Assembly (NCBI GenBank): GCA_032250555.1
Contig: JAVVFI010000001.1
Location: 1 to 42,665 of the forward strand
DNA: 42,665 bases
Source of the DNA: Sedimentisphaerales bacterium
GTDB lineage: Bacteria > Planctomycetota > Phycisphaerae > Sedimentisphaerales > Anaerobacaceae
Direction of reading: 5' to 3'
In this document: piece by piece, positions 8,532-18,488 of the stretch
How positions within the stretch are numbered: position 1 is the stretch's first letter
How the letters are laid out: the number at the start of each line of letters is the position of its first letter
The notes under the pieces: model-generated
Seen by the model: the letters and a program-made list of their open reading frames with translations, nothing else
Databases searched by the model: none
What the model was told of the DNA's origin: nothing
Position numbers and translations under genes: made by a program

Positions 8532-9683
8532 ATGATGGTATCGCATCACAAGGATACAGGGACAGCATCGAGCGAACATGTCGGGCATAAATCGAGATGT
8601 ACCCGGTATCTTTTTGTAGGAATTTTTGTCGTTATACTACAAGGATTGGCCTTTGGGCAGCAGGAAGCTGCAAAAGTAATCAGGACCAGACAAGAAGTTG
8701 AGGCCCTTATTAAAAATGCCGGCGCTAGTACACCCCAATGGTGGAGTTCGGTGGGACTGAACTATCCAAAGACACTCGATCTAAGCTGGCCTATGAAACC
8801 GGGCGGAAAATGGAACAACCAGAAAAATGTCGGGCAGTATATTTGGGACGTTATCAATCCGAATCCACACCGCTGGAAAGAGGGAATCAAGCTCGTTCAT
8901 CATCTGATGATTAAGCACAAGAACGACCGCGCCAAACTCGCCAGGAGTATGCAGAGTTTGGGTTCGATGTTCTATAACTTCCAGAAAGACTGGCCGAGAG
9001 CTGTCTTTTGGTGGCGAATGAGCGCAAGCTATGGCGGCATGGTTGATCCGATCCGGCTTGCAAACTGCTATTGGCAGATGGGCTGTGAAGAAATGGTCCG
9101 CGAGATTCTGCTTAGAGTTCCTGCCGACTACACTCGGAACGGAGAGGTAATCAAGCTGTGGGCCGACATGGGGCAGATCGATAAGGCGTTACAGATGGCC
9201 GAGCAAAAAGCTCGCAGCGGGATGCCACATATCGCGTATCTTGCCGCCGGCAATGCATGTCGCCAGGCGGGCAGATACACCGAGGCTTTGGCATATTATC
9301 GCAAAACAATTGCAGCGAGGCTGCCGGCCAAAAAGAACAATGATTTTTCCCGAGCGGTGGAACAGGCGAAAGAGAATATTGATGCGATACAGCTCTTCGA
9401 GATGCTGGATGTATCGAAGATTCCGAATGGTGTTTACAGCGCCGGCAGTACGGCCTTCAATGGGCCTATGAAAGTGGAGGTCAAAGTCACCGACGGCCGG
9501 ATTGAGTTGGTTCGTGTTATCAACCACAGGGAGAAACAGTTTTACACGGCTCTGACGGACACACCACAGCAGATAGTCGAAAAGCAGAGGTTTAAAGGGA
9601 TCGATACAGTAACGGGCGCAACGATTACATCGGAAGCAATCATTATAGCTGCTGCCAAAGCGCTTGCCAGCGGCAGTAAGTAG
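8532..9683 (+). CDS. Exported TPR/Sel1-like protein with C-terminal FMN-binding (FMN_bind) domain
   Basis: Start moved to the ATG at 8532 (GGAG 8 nt upstream), because the longer 8325 ORF overlaps the previous gene. Signal peptide (FVGIFVVILQGLAFG-QQ). C-terminal GIDTVTGATITSEA matches the flavinylation motif of NqrC/RnfG/NosR-type FMN_bind domains. Confidence 0.75.
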   Translation: MMVSHHKDTGTASSEHVGHKSRCTRYLFVGIFVVILQGLAFGQQEAAKVIRTRQEVEALIKNAGASTPQWWSSVGLNYPKTLDLSWPMKPGGKWNNQKNVGQYIWDVINPNPHRWKEGIKLVHHLMIKHKNDRAKLARSMQSLGSMFYNFQKDWPRAVFWWRMSASYGGMVDPIRLANCYWQMGCEEMVREILLRVPADYTRNGEVIKLWADMGQIDKALQMAEQKARSGMPHIAYLAAGNACRQAGRYTEALAYYRKTIAARLPAKKNNDFSRAVEQAKENIDAIQLFEMLDVSKIPNGVYSAGSTAFNGPMKVEVKVTDGRIELVRVINHREKQFYTALTDTPQQIVEKQRFKGIDTVTGATITSEAIIIAAAKALASGSK

Positions 9684-9759
9684 CCTGGGTATTGGACATT
9701 CGGTTGCAGGATTTTATTCAAGATAAAGACCAGCGGAAAACACAAATAAGAGAGATACT

Positions 9760-11487
9760 ATGAGATTGCATTTCTTCATGCCGATGAACAGTCGCCTTCG
9801 AAATCTGGGGAAGATTCTTTCTATGCTCGGGCCGACGTGGCGTTCATCTCCGGTGCGAAGGATACTCCAAAGTATATGCCTCATCGTATTTATCGTGTTT
9901 TTCATCTATGTATGCTGGCCTTACGGATCGAGTGAGTATGGGGAATTCTTTGAGGCAAAAGAGGTCATTGAGGCAGAAATTTTTCTTGTGTTGGATCCGC
10001 TGGTCAGTATCTCGACAGCAATAGCAGCAAGAATGTGGGTGTGGGCGCTTGGGTATGCGCTTGCAGTGTTGATAGTATGTCTGGTTCTGCCGAGGAGTTT
10101 TTGTGCTTATGTATGTCCTTTGGGGACACTACTTGATCTTTTCGATTGGGCGTTTACGGGCAAGGTTCTGAAGTCTCGAACCAGGACATATCGGTCATTG
10201 GCCAATACACGGTACTATGTGCTTGCGGCCGTGCTGGCAGCGGCCGGATTGGGAGTAATGCTGTCGGGATTCGTTTCAGCGATTGCTGTTATAACGCGGG
10301 CAATGCTGTTTGTGGTTGGATCTGTTCAAATGGGACTGATGAAGGGCTGGTATCTTGTGCCGCCGATGAATGCCGGACACTGGATTTCCATAGGCATGTT
10401 CGTAGTACTTATCTCGCTCAATCTTCTGGAGAGGCGTTTCTGGTGTAAATATTTGTGCCCTACCGGTGCGGTTTTTTCCGTGGCCAATTTGTTTCGACTC
10501 TCTGAGCGCAAGGTACGTTCACGGTGCGTGGAATGCGGCAAGTGTGAAGAAGTATGTTCCTTTGGGGCAATAAAAAGTGATTACACAACCAGAGACCTTA
10601 ACTGCAGTTTTTGTCAGAGCTGTGCAGGGGTATGCCCTGTCGAGGCGATTGAGTTCACAGGCAGATGGAATAGAGAAGAAAGCAAGGCAAGCAGCGAAAT
10701 TAGCAAAAATATCCTGCTGTCCAGACGAAACGTAATAGCAGGGATAGGAACAGTAGCAGTTGGAGCCGGGCTGCCTGTCGCTCTGTGTAAGGCTGCCAGA
10801 AATAGCGAAGCAGTGGTAAGGCCGCCGGGGGCGGTGCCGGAGGAGGAATTTCTGCAACTGTGCGTTCGATGCGGACAATGTATCAAAGTATGTCCTAACA
10901 ATGTTCTGCAGCCGATCGACCTGGAGCATGGATTCGACCCGCTGTGGACACCTAAGGTGACACCTGACTGGTCGGGATGTGAGCCTTCATGTAACAACTG
11001 CGGCCAGGTTTGTCCAACCGGGGCGATACGCGCATTGAATTTGCCTGAGAAACAGGCTGCGAGAATAGGGCTGGCTGAGGTTAATAAAAAAACGTGCCTG
11101 CCGTATGTCGGTAAAGAGCAGTGCCAGTTGTGTGTGGATGAATGTAAGGCAGCAGGGTATGATGCAATTGAGTTCGTTCGAGTTGGCGGTGAGACGGCAG
11201 ACAATGGTGAACCTATCGAAAACAGCGGAGTGCTTGCCCCGGTCGTATTGGAAGATAAATGTGTCGGGTGCGGACTTTGCCAGATGCGCTGCATGGCCAT
11301 CAACGTCAAGGATACGCATTTGCTCAACGAGGCGGCAATAAAGGTGGTTGCCGGGCCCGGTAAAGAAGATCGAATCTTTAAAGGATCATATATAGAGCTG
11401 AGAGACCGGCGCAGAAAGGAGCAAAAGCCGGGTGGGCAGGAACAGCAAGGCGCAGGAGATGATTATCTGCCTGATTTTTTTAAGTGA
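9760..11487 (+). CDS. NapH/MauN-like integral-membrane polyferredoxin (multiple 4Fe-4S clusters)
   Basis: 575 aa. N-terminal TM helices with two CxxxCP motifs (CAYVCPLGT, CKYLCPTGA). Then several CxxCxxCxxxC(P) motifs (CVECGKCEEVC, CSFCQSCAGVCP, CVRCGQCIKVCP, CNNCGQVCP, CVGCGLCQMRC). Confidence 0.8.
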   Translation: MRLHFFMPMNSRLRNLGKILSMLGPTWRSSPVRRILQSICLIVFIVFFIYVCWPYGSSEYGEFFEAKEVIEAEIFLVLDPLVSISTAIAARMWVWALGYALAVLIVCLVLPRSFCAYVCPLGTLLDLFDWAFTGKVLKSRTRTYRSLANTRYYVLAAVLAAAGLGVMLSGFVSAIAVITRAMLFVVGSVQMGLMKGWYLVPPMNAGHWISIGMFVVLISLNLLERRFWCKYLCPTGAVFSVANLFRLSERKVRSRCVECGKCEEVCSFGAIKSDYTTRDLNCSFCQSCAGVCPVEAIEFTGRWNREESKASSEISKNILLSRRNVIAGIGTVAVGAGLPVALCKAARNSEAVVRPPGAVPEEEFLQLCVRCGQCIKVCPNNVLQPIDLEHGFDPLWTPKVTPDWSGCEPSCNNCGQVCPTGAIRALNLPEKQAARIGLAEVNKKTCLPYVGKEQCQLCVDECKAAGYDAIEFVRVGGETADNGEPIENSGVLAPVVLEDKCVGCGLCQMRCMAINVKDTHLLNEAAIKVVAGPGKEDRIFKGSYIELRDRRRKEQKPGGQEQQGAGDDYLPDFFK

Positions 11488-11503
11488 ATTACTGTAAGCC
11501 TTC

Positions 11504-12895
11504 TTATACCATTGGTAAAATCATAGCCAACAGCAACGAAACAACAATTCCTGCGAAACCAACTATTGCCAGCAGTGGGGTCCATGATTTGAGTCCTTCG
11601 GCTTCAGTTAGCCCGGTCATTTTTACGAATATCCAGAAACCGCTGTCATTCATCCATGAGCCTATCATCGAACCGCTCCCGATGGCAGTAGCCAGATACG
11701 CAGTGTTATAACCCAACATTTTAGTCGATGTAATCATTGCTGCCATCATTGCCGATGCCGTTATCATTGCTACCGTACATGAGCCCTGGGCAATTTTAAT
11801 CAGCGCAGAGATGAAAGCTCCCAAAAGCAAAAGCATAATACCATTTGCTGGTTGGCCGCTATTTCCCTTGAATAAGTTTTCAATCGCCGGGCCTATCTGG
11901 GCGGCTTTAAGCATCGCACCAAAGGCACCCCCTGCTGCGGTAATGAGAATAATCATGCCTCCGCTCATTAGTGACACTTCGACAATTTTTGCCAGTTGCG
12001 CATTTGTCAGAGCGCGTTTGTTCTTGAGCATCCACATGGCAATTGCCGCCGATATGAGCATCGCCAGATTCACATTTCCCAATACGGCGGTTATGGCAGC
12101 GGCCCGGCTTAAACTCGAACCATCAGCGGCACCCTTGGCTATCGTGCGGACAATCGTATTGGCTGAGACCAGAAGCACGGGAAGAATAATCGGCAAAAGC
12201 GATATCATTAAGCCCGGTAACTGATGGTCTTCGAGCGGCTCCGACTCAGACAGTTCGCCGCCAAGCGGTCTCATTTGTATATTCATTCGCCGGTCTGCAT
12301 ATCCCGAAAAGAACATTCCGACGATAGCAGCCGGAAGCGCAACCATCGCTCCAACCATAATCATAACGCCGATATCTATACCAAGATTGTCGGCCATAAT
12401 TAGTGGCCCTGGAGTTGGCGGAACAAGGCAGTGAGTAATAACTCCGCCGGCTGTAATGGCCATGGCGTATTTTAAGTAGTGTTTCTTTGTCCGCCGGTGC
12501 ATGGAACGTGCCAGGGGCACGAGCAGATAGAAAACCGTATCGAAGAATACAGGAACCGAAAGCACAAAGCCGCTTGCCATAAGTGCTGTGGAACTGCGTT
12601 TTTCTCCGAGCACTGACAGGAAACCTCTGACAATACGGTCCGCTGCACCGCTGTCCATCATACATCGGCCAATCACAACCGCAAGTGCTATTACGATACC
12701 GATTCCTGCGGCCGTACCGCCAAATTCTGTCGCCACGCGGCTTATCTTTGTATCCAAATCCCCGGGGGCAAGCAGACTGACAATCACGGCTGAGGTAATC
12801 AAAGCGATGAAAGCATTCATCTTCAAGACCGTAATCATGAGTATGACAGTTAACATACCGATGACAAGAATTATTAGCGGGTGAAGGCTGAACAT
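11504..12895 (-). CDS. GntP-family sugar-acid:H+ symporter
   Basis: 463 aa polytopic membrane protein. N-terminus and overall pattern typical of the GntP family. Sits in a sugar-acid operon, as E. coli yjhF does. Confidence 0.8.
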   Translation of the reverse strand: MFSLHPLIILVIGMLTVILMITVLKMNAFIALITSAVIVSLLAPGDLDTKISRVATEFGGTAAGIGIVIALAVVIGRCMMDSGAADRIVRGFLSVLGEKRSSTALMASGFVLSVPVFFDTVFYLLVPLARSMHRRTKKHYLKYAMAITAGGVITHCLVPPTPGPLIMADNLGIDIGVMIMVGAMVALPAAIVGMFFSGYADRRMNIQMRPLGGELSESEPLEDHQLPGLMISLLPIILPVLLVSANTIVRTIAKGAADGSSLSRAAAITAVLGNVNLAMLISAAIAMWMLKNKRALTNAQLAKIVEVSLMSGGMIILITAAGGAFGAMLKAAQIGPAIENLFKGNSGQPANGIMLLLLGAFISALIKIAQGSCTVAMITASAMMAAMITSTKMLGYNTAYLATAIGSGSMIGSWMNDSGFWIFVKMTGLTEAEGLKSWTPLLAIVGFAGIVVSLLLAMILPMV

Positions 12896-12970
12896 AACAC
12901 TGTGCTCCTATCAATCAACAGGATAAACATAACTTCATAAGCTTAACAAGTTTTCAGGGCAAAGATATCG

Positions 12971-14350
12971 TTAACTATCAAGATATTTCTGACCGAGCAT
13001 GGCAGCTCCCTTCATGGATGACTGCTCGTTATGGATATATTCACTGTCCCTCATCCATTTTGATTTTGCCCGCATTAACACTGGATTTGTTGCACCACCA
13101 GTTACGTGGATAATGTTTTTAAGAGGAATTTTCTTTTCAATTTCTTCCAGGTGAGCTTTCTGATATTCGCAAAGTCCCCTGACAATTCCAGCTAATATTT
13201 CCTCTCGGGTGGTCTGCTGGGTCAATCCCAATAACTGTGCTTTAAGAGGCTCAAGACTGTAACGGGAACCCATAAGATACGGTATATAAGTAACGCTGGT
13301 TTCACAATCGAGCCGGCTCTCAATCGCCTGCGGAAGGAAGCTGTTGTAAAATTCCTCAGCGCTCAATTCTCCGCAGAACAGGTTTTTATACCAGTCCAGC
13401 GCCTTGCCGCCGGCATTCATAACATGCAAAGTGAGCCACCTGTCCTTCAGCACGTGGGCCCGGATGTTATAATTCCCAGATGCCAGACATTTATCAAGGC
13501 ACACGAGAGTAATTTCACAAGTACCGTTTACATTAATGATGTCACCCGGCTCGTTGATACCCACAGAATACGCGGCCAGGACCGCATCGTTACCGCCAAT
13601 TAATACTGGAGGTTCCTTTTTGAATCCCAGCTTGCGGGCGAGTGAATTGTTCATTCGGCCGACGCTTTCATAAGCGGGGATTATTTGCGGTAACTTGTTA
13701 AGTGAGATGCCGAACGAAGAGGCGATATCCTCGTTCCAGGTAAAGTCATTTTGAACGGTATTGTACAGTGCTGTCAATGATGCAGATGAAGGATCGATGG
13801 CAAAACCGCCTGTCAGCCAGTGAGCGAAGTACGTATTGGAATGGCCGAACTTATATGTTTTGTCGAAAACTTCAGGGCAATTTTCTTTAACCCACAGAAT
13901 GCTTGCCAGTGAACATCCACCGGCGACCGGCATGTTTGCCGTGGTATTGAGAAGGTCTTCCATACCAATGGTTTCTATTATGAATTGGGCCTGCCTGCGG
14001 GAGCGCTGGTCAAGCATCAGGATGGCAGGATAAAGTGCCTGACCGGATTTATCCATGGCTGTAAGACCCGGCGTGGTGCCGGAAAGAGAAATAACACCGA
14101 CATCACCGATAAGGTCCTCCATATCTTTACAACCGGCGATGAAAGCTGTCTTCCATTTTTCCTGCTCAATGTCCCCGAACAGACCATCGTTATAAATATT
14201 TACCTCATACTCCTGTGAATATTGCCTCATCAGACTCAGCGCATCGCAAGAGAGTTGAAAGACACCCATTTTCATACCGGTCGTCCCGATATCTACCGCC
14301 AGTATAATATTACCTTTTGTTTTCTTTTTACTTTCGACTTGAGCCATCAT
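12971..14350 (-). CDS. FGGY-family carbohydrate kinase
   Basis: 459 aa. ILAVDIGTTGMK phosphate-1 motif and C-terminal HVTGGATN motif of FGGY kinases. Substrate unknown. Confidence 0.75.
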   Translation of the reverse strand: MMAQVESKKKTKGNIILAVDIGTTGMKMGVFQLSCDALSLMRQYSQEYEVNIYNDGLFGDIEQEKWKTAFIAGCKDMEDLIGDVGVISLSGTTPGLTAMDKSGQALYPAILMLDQRSRRQAQFIIETIGMEDLLNTTANMPVAGGCSLASILWVKENCPEVFDKTYKFGHSNTYFAHWLTGGFAIDPSSASLTALYNTVQNDFTWNEDIASSFGISLNKLPQIIPAYESVGRMNNSLARKLGFKKEPPVLIGGNDAVLAAYSVGINEPGDIINVNGTCEITLVCLDKCLASGNYNIRAHVLKDRWLTLHVMNAGGKALDWYKNLFCGELSAEEFYNSFLPQAIESRLDCETSVTYIPYLMGSRYSLEPLKAQLLGLTQQTTREEILAGIVRGLCEYQKAHLEEIEKKIPLKNIIHVTGGATNPVLMRAKSKWMRDSEYIHNEQSSMKGAAMLGQKYLDS

Positions 14351-14405
14351 AATCTTTTCAGGAACACCTTAACTGTGTTTTTTATTAACGAGCTTTCCAA
14401 AGTAT

Positions 14406-15308
14406 TTAAGCAGATATAAATCCTTCATTTATCATTGCCTGCTTTATTCGCGCCTTAGCCTCTTCTGAAAGTTCTTGAAGGGGATGCCGCGGCAAACCTC
14501 CTTTAAATCCGATTATGTCCATAGCAGCCTTTGCACCTGCTACACCCCAAGCTCCTGAAACAGCCTGATTGAGTCTGGCGAGTCTGAAAGAAAGTTCCTT
14601 TGCTTTGTCGTATTCGCCTTGTGTAAACAATTGGTATAGACTGCAGCATGGCTCGGGCAGAGCATTAGTAAGTGACAACACACCACCGGCAGCTCCAAGG
14701 TGAAGGGCCGGATAAAAGAAATTGGCTGAGCCGGCAAGAACATTAAAATCTTCTACAGGATCAAGGTGGGCGAGTAATTTGAGCGGTCCTGCCGAAGAAG
14801 AATCTTTCATGCCGGCAATATTAGGATGCCTTGACAGTTCGAGAATAGTTTTCAGCGGTATTTCTGTTCCGCCTGTAAAGCCGGGCGCATTATAGAGCAA
14901 TACGGGAATATCAATAGAATCGGCGATTTGTGTGTAATAACTTTTTAAGGTTGCCCCGTCGATGTGTTTGGCGAAATAGCAAGGAGTCAGGACACTAACA
15001 TAGTCAAAGCCCATCTCAGAAGCCAGTTTTGACTTTTCTATTGTTTGCCTTGTTGATTCACAACCGGTTCCGACCATAACAACTTTGTCGCCTTTTTCTT
15101 CAGCGAAAACCTCAAGAACCTGGATCTGTTCTTTGTCGCTCAAGCTTCGGAATTCTCCATTCGAACCGAGCGCGAGATAACCCGCAAGATCAGTCTCATT
15201 TAGTTTTCGCAGATTGAACCTAAGGTCATCGCGCGCGAGTTCTTCAGAATTAAAAGGCGTCACCACAGGAGCAAAAACGCCTGAGAGCTTCTTCTTGTTT
15301 TGTGCCAT
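14406..15308 (-). CDS. DapA/DHDPS-family class I aldolase (YjhH/YagE-like 2-keto-3-deoxy-sugar-acid aldolase)
   Basis: 300 aa. VTPF...GSNGEF...IAGMKDSS (Schiff-base Lys context) typical of the DHDPS/NAL family. Adjacent to the dehydratase. Confidence 0.75.
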   Translation of the reverse strand: MAQNKKKLSGVFAPVVTPFNSEELARDDLRFNLRKLNETDLAGYLALGSNGEFRSLSDKEQIQVLEVFAEEKGDKVVMVGTGCESTRQTIEKSKLASEMGFDYVSVLTPCYFAKHIDGATLKSYYTQIADSIDIPVLLYNAPGFTGGTEIPLKTILELSRHPNIAGMKDSSSAGPLKLLAHLDPVEDFNVLAGSANFFYPALHLGAAGGVLSLTNALPEPCCSLYQLFTQGEYDKAKELSFRLARLNQAVSGAWGVAGAKAAMDIIGFKGGLPRHPLQELSEEAKARIKQAMINEGFISA

Positions 15309-15353
15309 AGATTTATCCTTATTAAATAAAGATTATCACAATTTAATCATCTG

Positions 15354-17345
15354 TTATTTCTTCGGCAAAGTTTCTTTGCCGGTATCCAGCTTTAGAACGA
15401 TTGCATCAACATCGAACACGCAGCCGCTCCAGATTCCACCGCCTGCCTGCTGAAGGGCCGCCCACAATCGCGTATCATCCGGCAGGTCCTGGCGAGGTGC
15501 CAGATCAGGCCGTAACGAACGCTGTGTCAATATGCTTGCGCCGAGTTCAACACTTCGCTGGTCCGATGGAGTGTCAGCCTCACCAATCAAATCTACGCTT
15601 CCTTCCAGTTTTTTACAATCAATAATAATTTGAATCATATCTCCTTCCAGAACTTTTCCAACTGGACCGCCGGCCAATGCTTCCGGAGCTATGTGACCAA
15701 TACACGCACCGGTGCTTACACCGCTGAACCGCCCGTCGGTTATTACTGCGACTTCTTTTCCCCAGGAGAGATGCTTCAGCGCCCCGGTCACTTCCAGTAT
15801 TTCTTCCATACCACTGCCCATTGGGCCCGCACAAATAAGTACGATGACATCACCCGGCTTAATAGTCCCTTCTTTTATTGCCCGGATGGCATCGGGTTCG
15901 CTTATGAAGACACGGGCAGGACCAATTTTTCTGTACACACCAGCCGAATCCAATAGCGTCTGGTCAATGGCGGTGCTCTTTACGACCGAGCCTTCCGGCG
16001 TGAGGTTGCCGTGAGGCAGTGTTATGGTACTTGTCATACCGGCCTTCCTGGCTCTGGCAGGGCTCATAATCACATCGTCGGGATCGATATTGTCCTTTTC
16101 TCTGAGCAGCTCACGCAGTCTCTGCCGGCGCTGCGACTTCTCCCACCAGTCGAGAAGTTCGCCCAGCCTTTGGCCAGATACTGTCATTACATCTAAATCC
16201 AAAAGGTCAAGTTCTCTTAATTTCAGCATTACTTCCGGAACTCCGCCTGCCAGAAAAACACGCACAGTGGGGTGCCCTACTGGGCCGTTTGGTAAAACGT
16301 CAACAAGACGCGGAACCTTTTGGTTGAGCTTTTTCCAGTCGGCTAGAGTTGGTCGTTTCAGGCCCACGGCATGGGCAATTGCCGGGATGTGTAAGAGCAA
16401 GTTTGTCGAACCGCCGAAGGCCGCATAAACAACCATAGCATTATGAAGGGCCGAGTCTGTAAGGATGTCTTTTATAGTTAATCCATTTTTATACAGCCTA
16501 ATGAGTGCCCTGGCCGAGCGACGTGCCATGTCCAGCCAGATTGGTTGTCCGGACGGCGCAAGCGCAGCATGCGGAAGGCTTAATCCAAGAGCTTCACTGA
16601 CAACCTGAGAAGTTGCCGCTGTTCCAAGAAACTGGCAGCCGCCGCCTGCACTCGCACAGGTGCAACAGGCCATTTGTTTAGCGTATTCCAGTGTTACCTC
16701 ACCATGGGCAAACCGCGCACCAATGGATTGTATCGTTCCCAAATCTTCGCCCTCAGTCGGTGGAAGTGTCACTCCGCCCGGCACCAACACTGAAGGCAGG
16801 TTGTGCATAGCGGCCACTGCCATCATCATCGCCGGCAATCCTTTGTCGCAGCCCGCTACACCAAGCACTCCTTTTCGCGTGGGCAAGCTGCGAATGAGAC
16901 GACGAAAGACTTGCGCCGCATCATTGCGATAGGCCAGAGAATCCATCATGCCCGGCGTACCCTGAGTGCGGCCGTCACACGGATCGGTGCAGAAAGACGC
17001 AAACGGTATGTATCCAAGACGCTGGAATTCGTTTGCGGCCGTTTCCATCAAAAGGCCAAGTTCGAAGTGCCCTGTGTGGTAACCGAGCGCAACCGGTGTA
17101 CCGTCGCTTTTTCGAATTCCTCCCTGTGTACTTATTAACAGAAACTGCTGCCCGACCAATTTGGACGGTTCCCATCCCATGCCCGCATTCTGACTCATCG
17201 CAAAGATATCACCGCTGGGTGCATCGACAAGGAGGCTTTCGGTCAAAGGCAGCTGGCCCTGCGGGCCCGGGGCATTTGTTGTAATGTTATAAATGCCATC
17301 GTCTTTACTATCCAAAATATCTTCGAGCATTATCTTATTTGGCAT
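15354..17345 (-). CDS. IlvD/Edd-family sugar-acid dehydratase, YjhG/YagF (D-xylonate dehydratase)-like
   Basis: 663 aa. Long stretches match my recollection of E. coli YjhG ([64 protein letters not shown]). Confidence 0.8.
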   Translation of the reverse strand: MPNKIMLEDILDSKDDGIYNITTNAPGPQGQLPLTESLLVDAPSGDIFAMSQNAGMGWEPSKLVGQQFLLISTQGGIRKSDGTPVALGYHTGHFELGLLMETAANEFQRLGYIPFASFCTDPCDGRTQGTPGMMDSLAYRNDAAQVFRRLIRSLPTRKGVLGVAGCDKGLPAMMMAVAAMHNLPSVLVPGGVTLPPTEGEDLGTIQSIGARFAHGEVTLEYAKQMACCTCASAGGGCQFLGTAATSQVVSEALGLSLPHAALAPSGQPIWLDMARRSARALIRLYKNGLTIKDILTDSALHNAMVVYAAFGGSTNLLLHIPAIAHAVGLKRPTLADWKKLNQKVPRLVDVLPNGPVGHPTVRVFLAGGVPEVMLKLRELDLLDLDVMTVSGQRLGELLDWWEKSQRRQRLRELLREKDNIDPDDVIMSPARARKAGMTSTITLPHGNLTPEGSVVKSTAIDQTLLDSAGVYRKIGPARVFISEPDAIRAIKEGTIKPGDVIVLICAGPMGSGMEEILEVTGALKHLSWGKEVAVITDGRFSGVSTGACIGHIAPEALAGGPVGKVLEGDMIQIIIDCKKLEGSVDLIGEADTPSDQRSVELGASILTQRSLRPDLAPRQDLPDDTRLWAALQQAGGGIWSGCVFDVDAIVLKLDTGKETLPKK

Positions 17346-17391
17346 TAAAGAGTCTCCTCTGTTTGACCCCGCTTTTATGCAGATACAGGTG

Positions 17392-18246
17392 TCAAGCCTT
17401 TCCCGAGCTGCCGAACAGCTTTATCTTCTCAACAATTCCGTCCTTAAGCTCATTGAACTGAGCCTCTATAACTTTCAGCGGATTGTACTGTGTATTATTC
17501 GCGTTGTGATAAGCAACAAATCCGTCGATGAACGCATATTTGAGCTGGGTTGATATATTGACCTTCGCACAACCGAGAGAAATACACTTCCTGAACACAT
17601 CGTCTGCAAGCCCGGTGCCGCCGTGTAGTGCAATAGGAACCGCCGTTGTTGTTGCGACTTCTTCAAGCAGGTCGTAAGCAATCTTAGGTACACCCTTATA
17701 AACACCATGAGCGGTCCCAATAGCAGGGGCGAAACAGTCCGGCCTGACTTGCTCGCAAAACTGTATAGCCTGCTGGGAATCAGCTAAATGGGCATCCTGC
17801 TCCTTAACGTGGATGTCGTCCTCGACACCGACGATGGCCCCAAGCTCGGCCTCAACCGTTACATCCCGAGGCCGGGCCATTTGTACGACCTGCTGACTCA
17901 ACGCGAGATTCTCTTCGAACGGCTTTGATGAGGCGTCAATCATGACCGAGGTCCAGCCGGACTCGATGCAATCCTTGATAAGGTCTAAATCCTTACAATG
18001 GTCAAGGTGCAATGCGACAGGAACGCTTGATGAGCCGGCAAGCTGTCTTACCCATGAAATAATGGCCGAAGTGCCCCAGAAAATAACCGTCTTGGCGGAT
18101 GTCTGGATGATTACTGGAGCGTTTTCCTGCTCCGCCGCCAGAACGACAGCCTTTGTGGAATTGTAGTCCAGAATGTTAAACGCACCAACTGCATAAGCCC
18201 CATCTGCGGCTTTGCCGAGCATCGCTTTCATATTTTCAATCGGCAT
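17392..18246 (-). CDS. Class II ketose-bisphosphate aldolase family (FbaA/GatY/KbaY-like)
   Basis: 284 aa. HLDHCKD and ALHGGTGL metal-binding motifs of class II FBP/tagatose-bisphosphate aldolases. Confidence 0.8.
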   Translation of the reverse strand: MPIENMKAMLGKAADGAYAVGAFNILDYNSTKAVVLAAEQENAPVIIQTSAKTVIFWGTSAIISWVRQLAGSSSVPVALHLDHCKDLDLIKDCIESGWTSVMIDASSKPFEENLALSQQVVQMARPRDVTVEAELGAIVGVEDDIHVKEQDAHLADSQQAIQFCEQVRPDCFAPAIGTAHGVYKGVPKIAYDLLEEVATTTAVPIALHGGTGLADDVFRKCISLGCAKVNISTQLKYAFIDGFVAYHNANNTQYNPLKVIEAQFNELKDGIVEKIKLFGSSGKA

Positions 18247-18488
18247 TTATTTTTTCCTTCCTGATATTTCTCACAGATGTAACGCTTTTGCCCATACTTT
18301 TATAATCGAATCTATCATGCGGCACCGATTATATGTACTGTGAACAGGCTATCTTAGACGAACCGGCTTGTTAACGCAAGAAACTCGCACTGCTTTATGC
18401 TTGACTAAAGTAGTTTTTTTTTGTAGAACCTGTCGTTCGTTTTGACCGTATAGCAACTACGATCTTTCAGTTGACAATATTGTACTTT

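Noticed and set aside
10614-11327. 237 aa antisense ORF inside the polyferredoxin gene. Similar long shadow ORFs at 33053..33643, 12246..12914, 2319..2663, 701..1156 and 3495..3917
   Set aside because: They lie opposite or out of frame to genes with strong family motifs. They have low-complexity Ser/Pro/Arg/Thr-rich translations and no SD or recognisable domains, which is typical of shadow ORFs.
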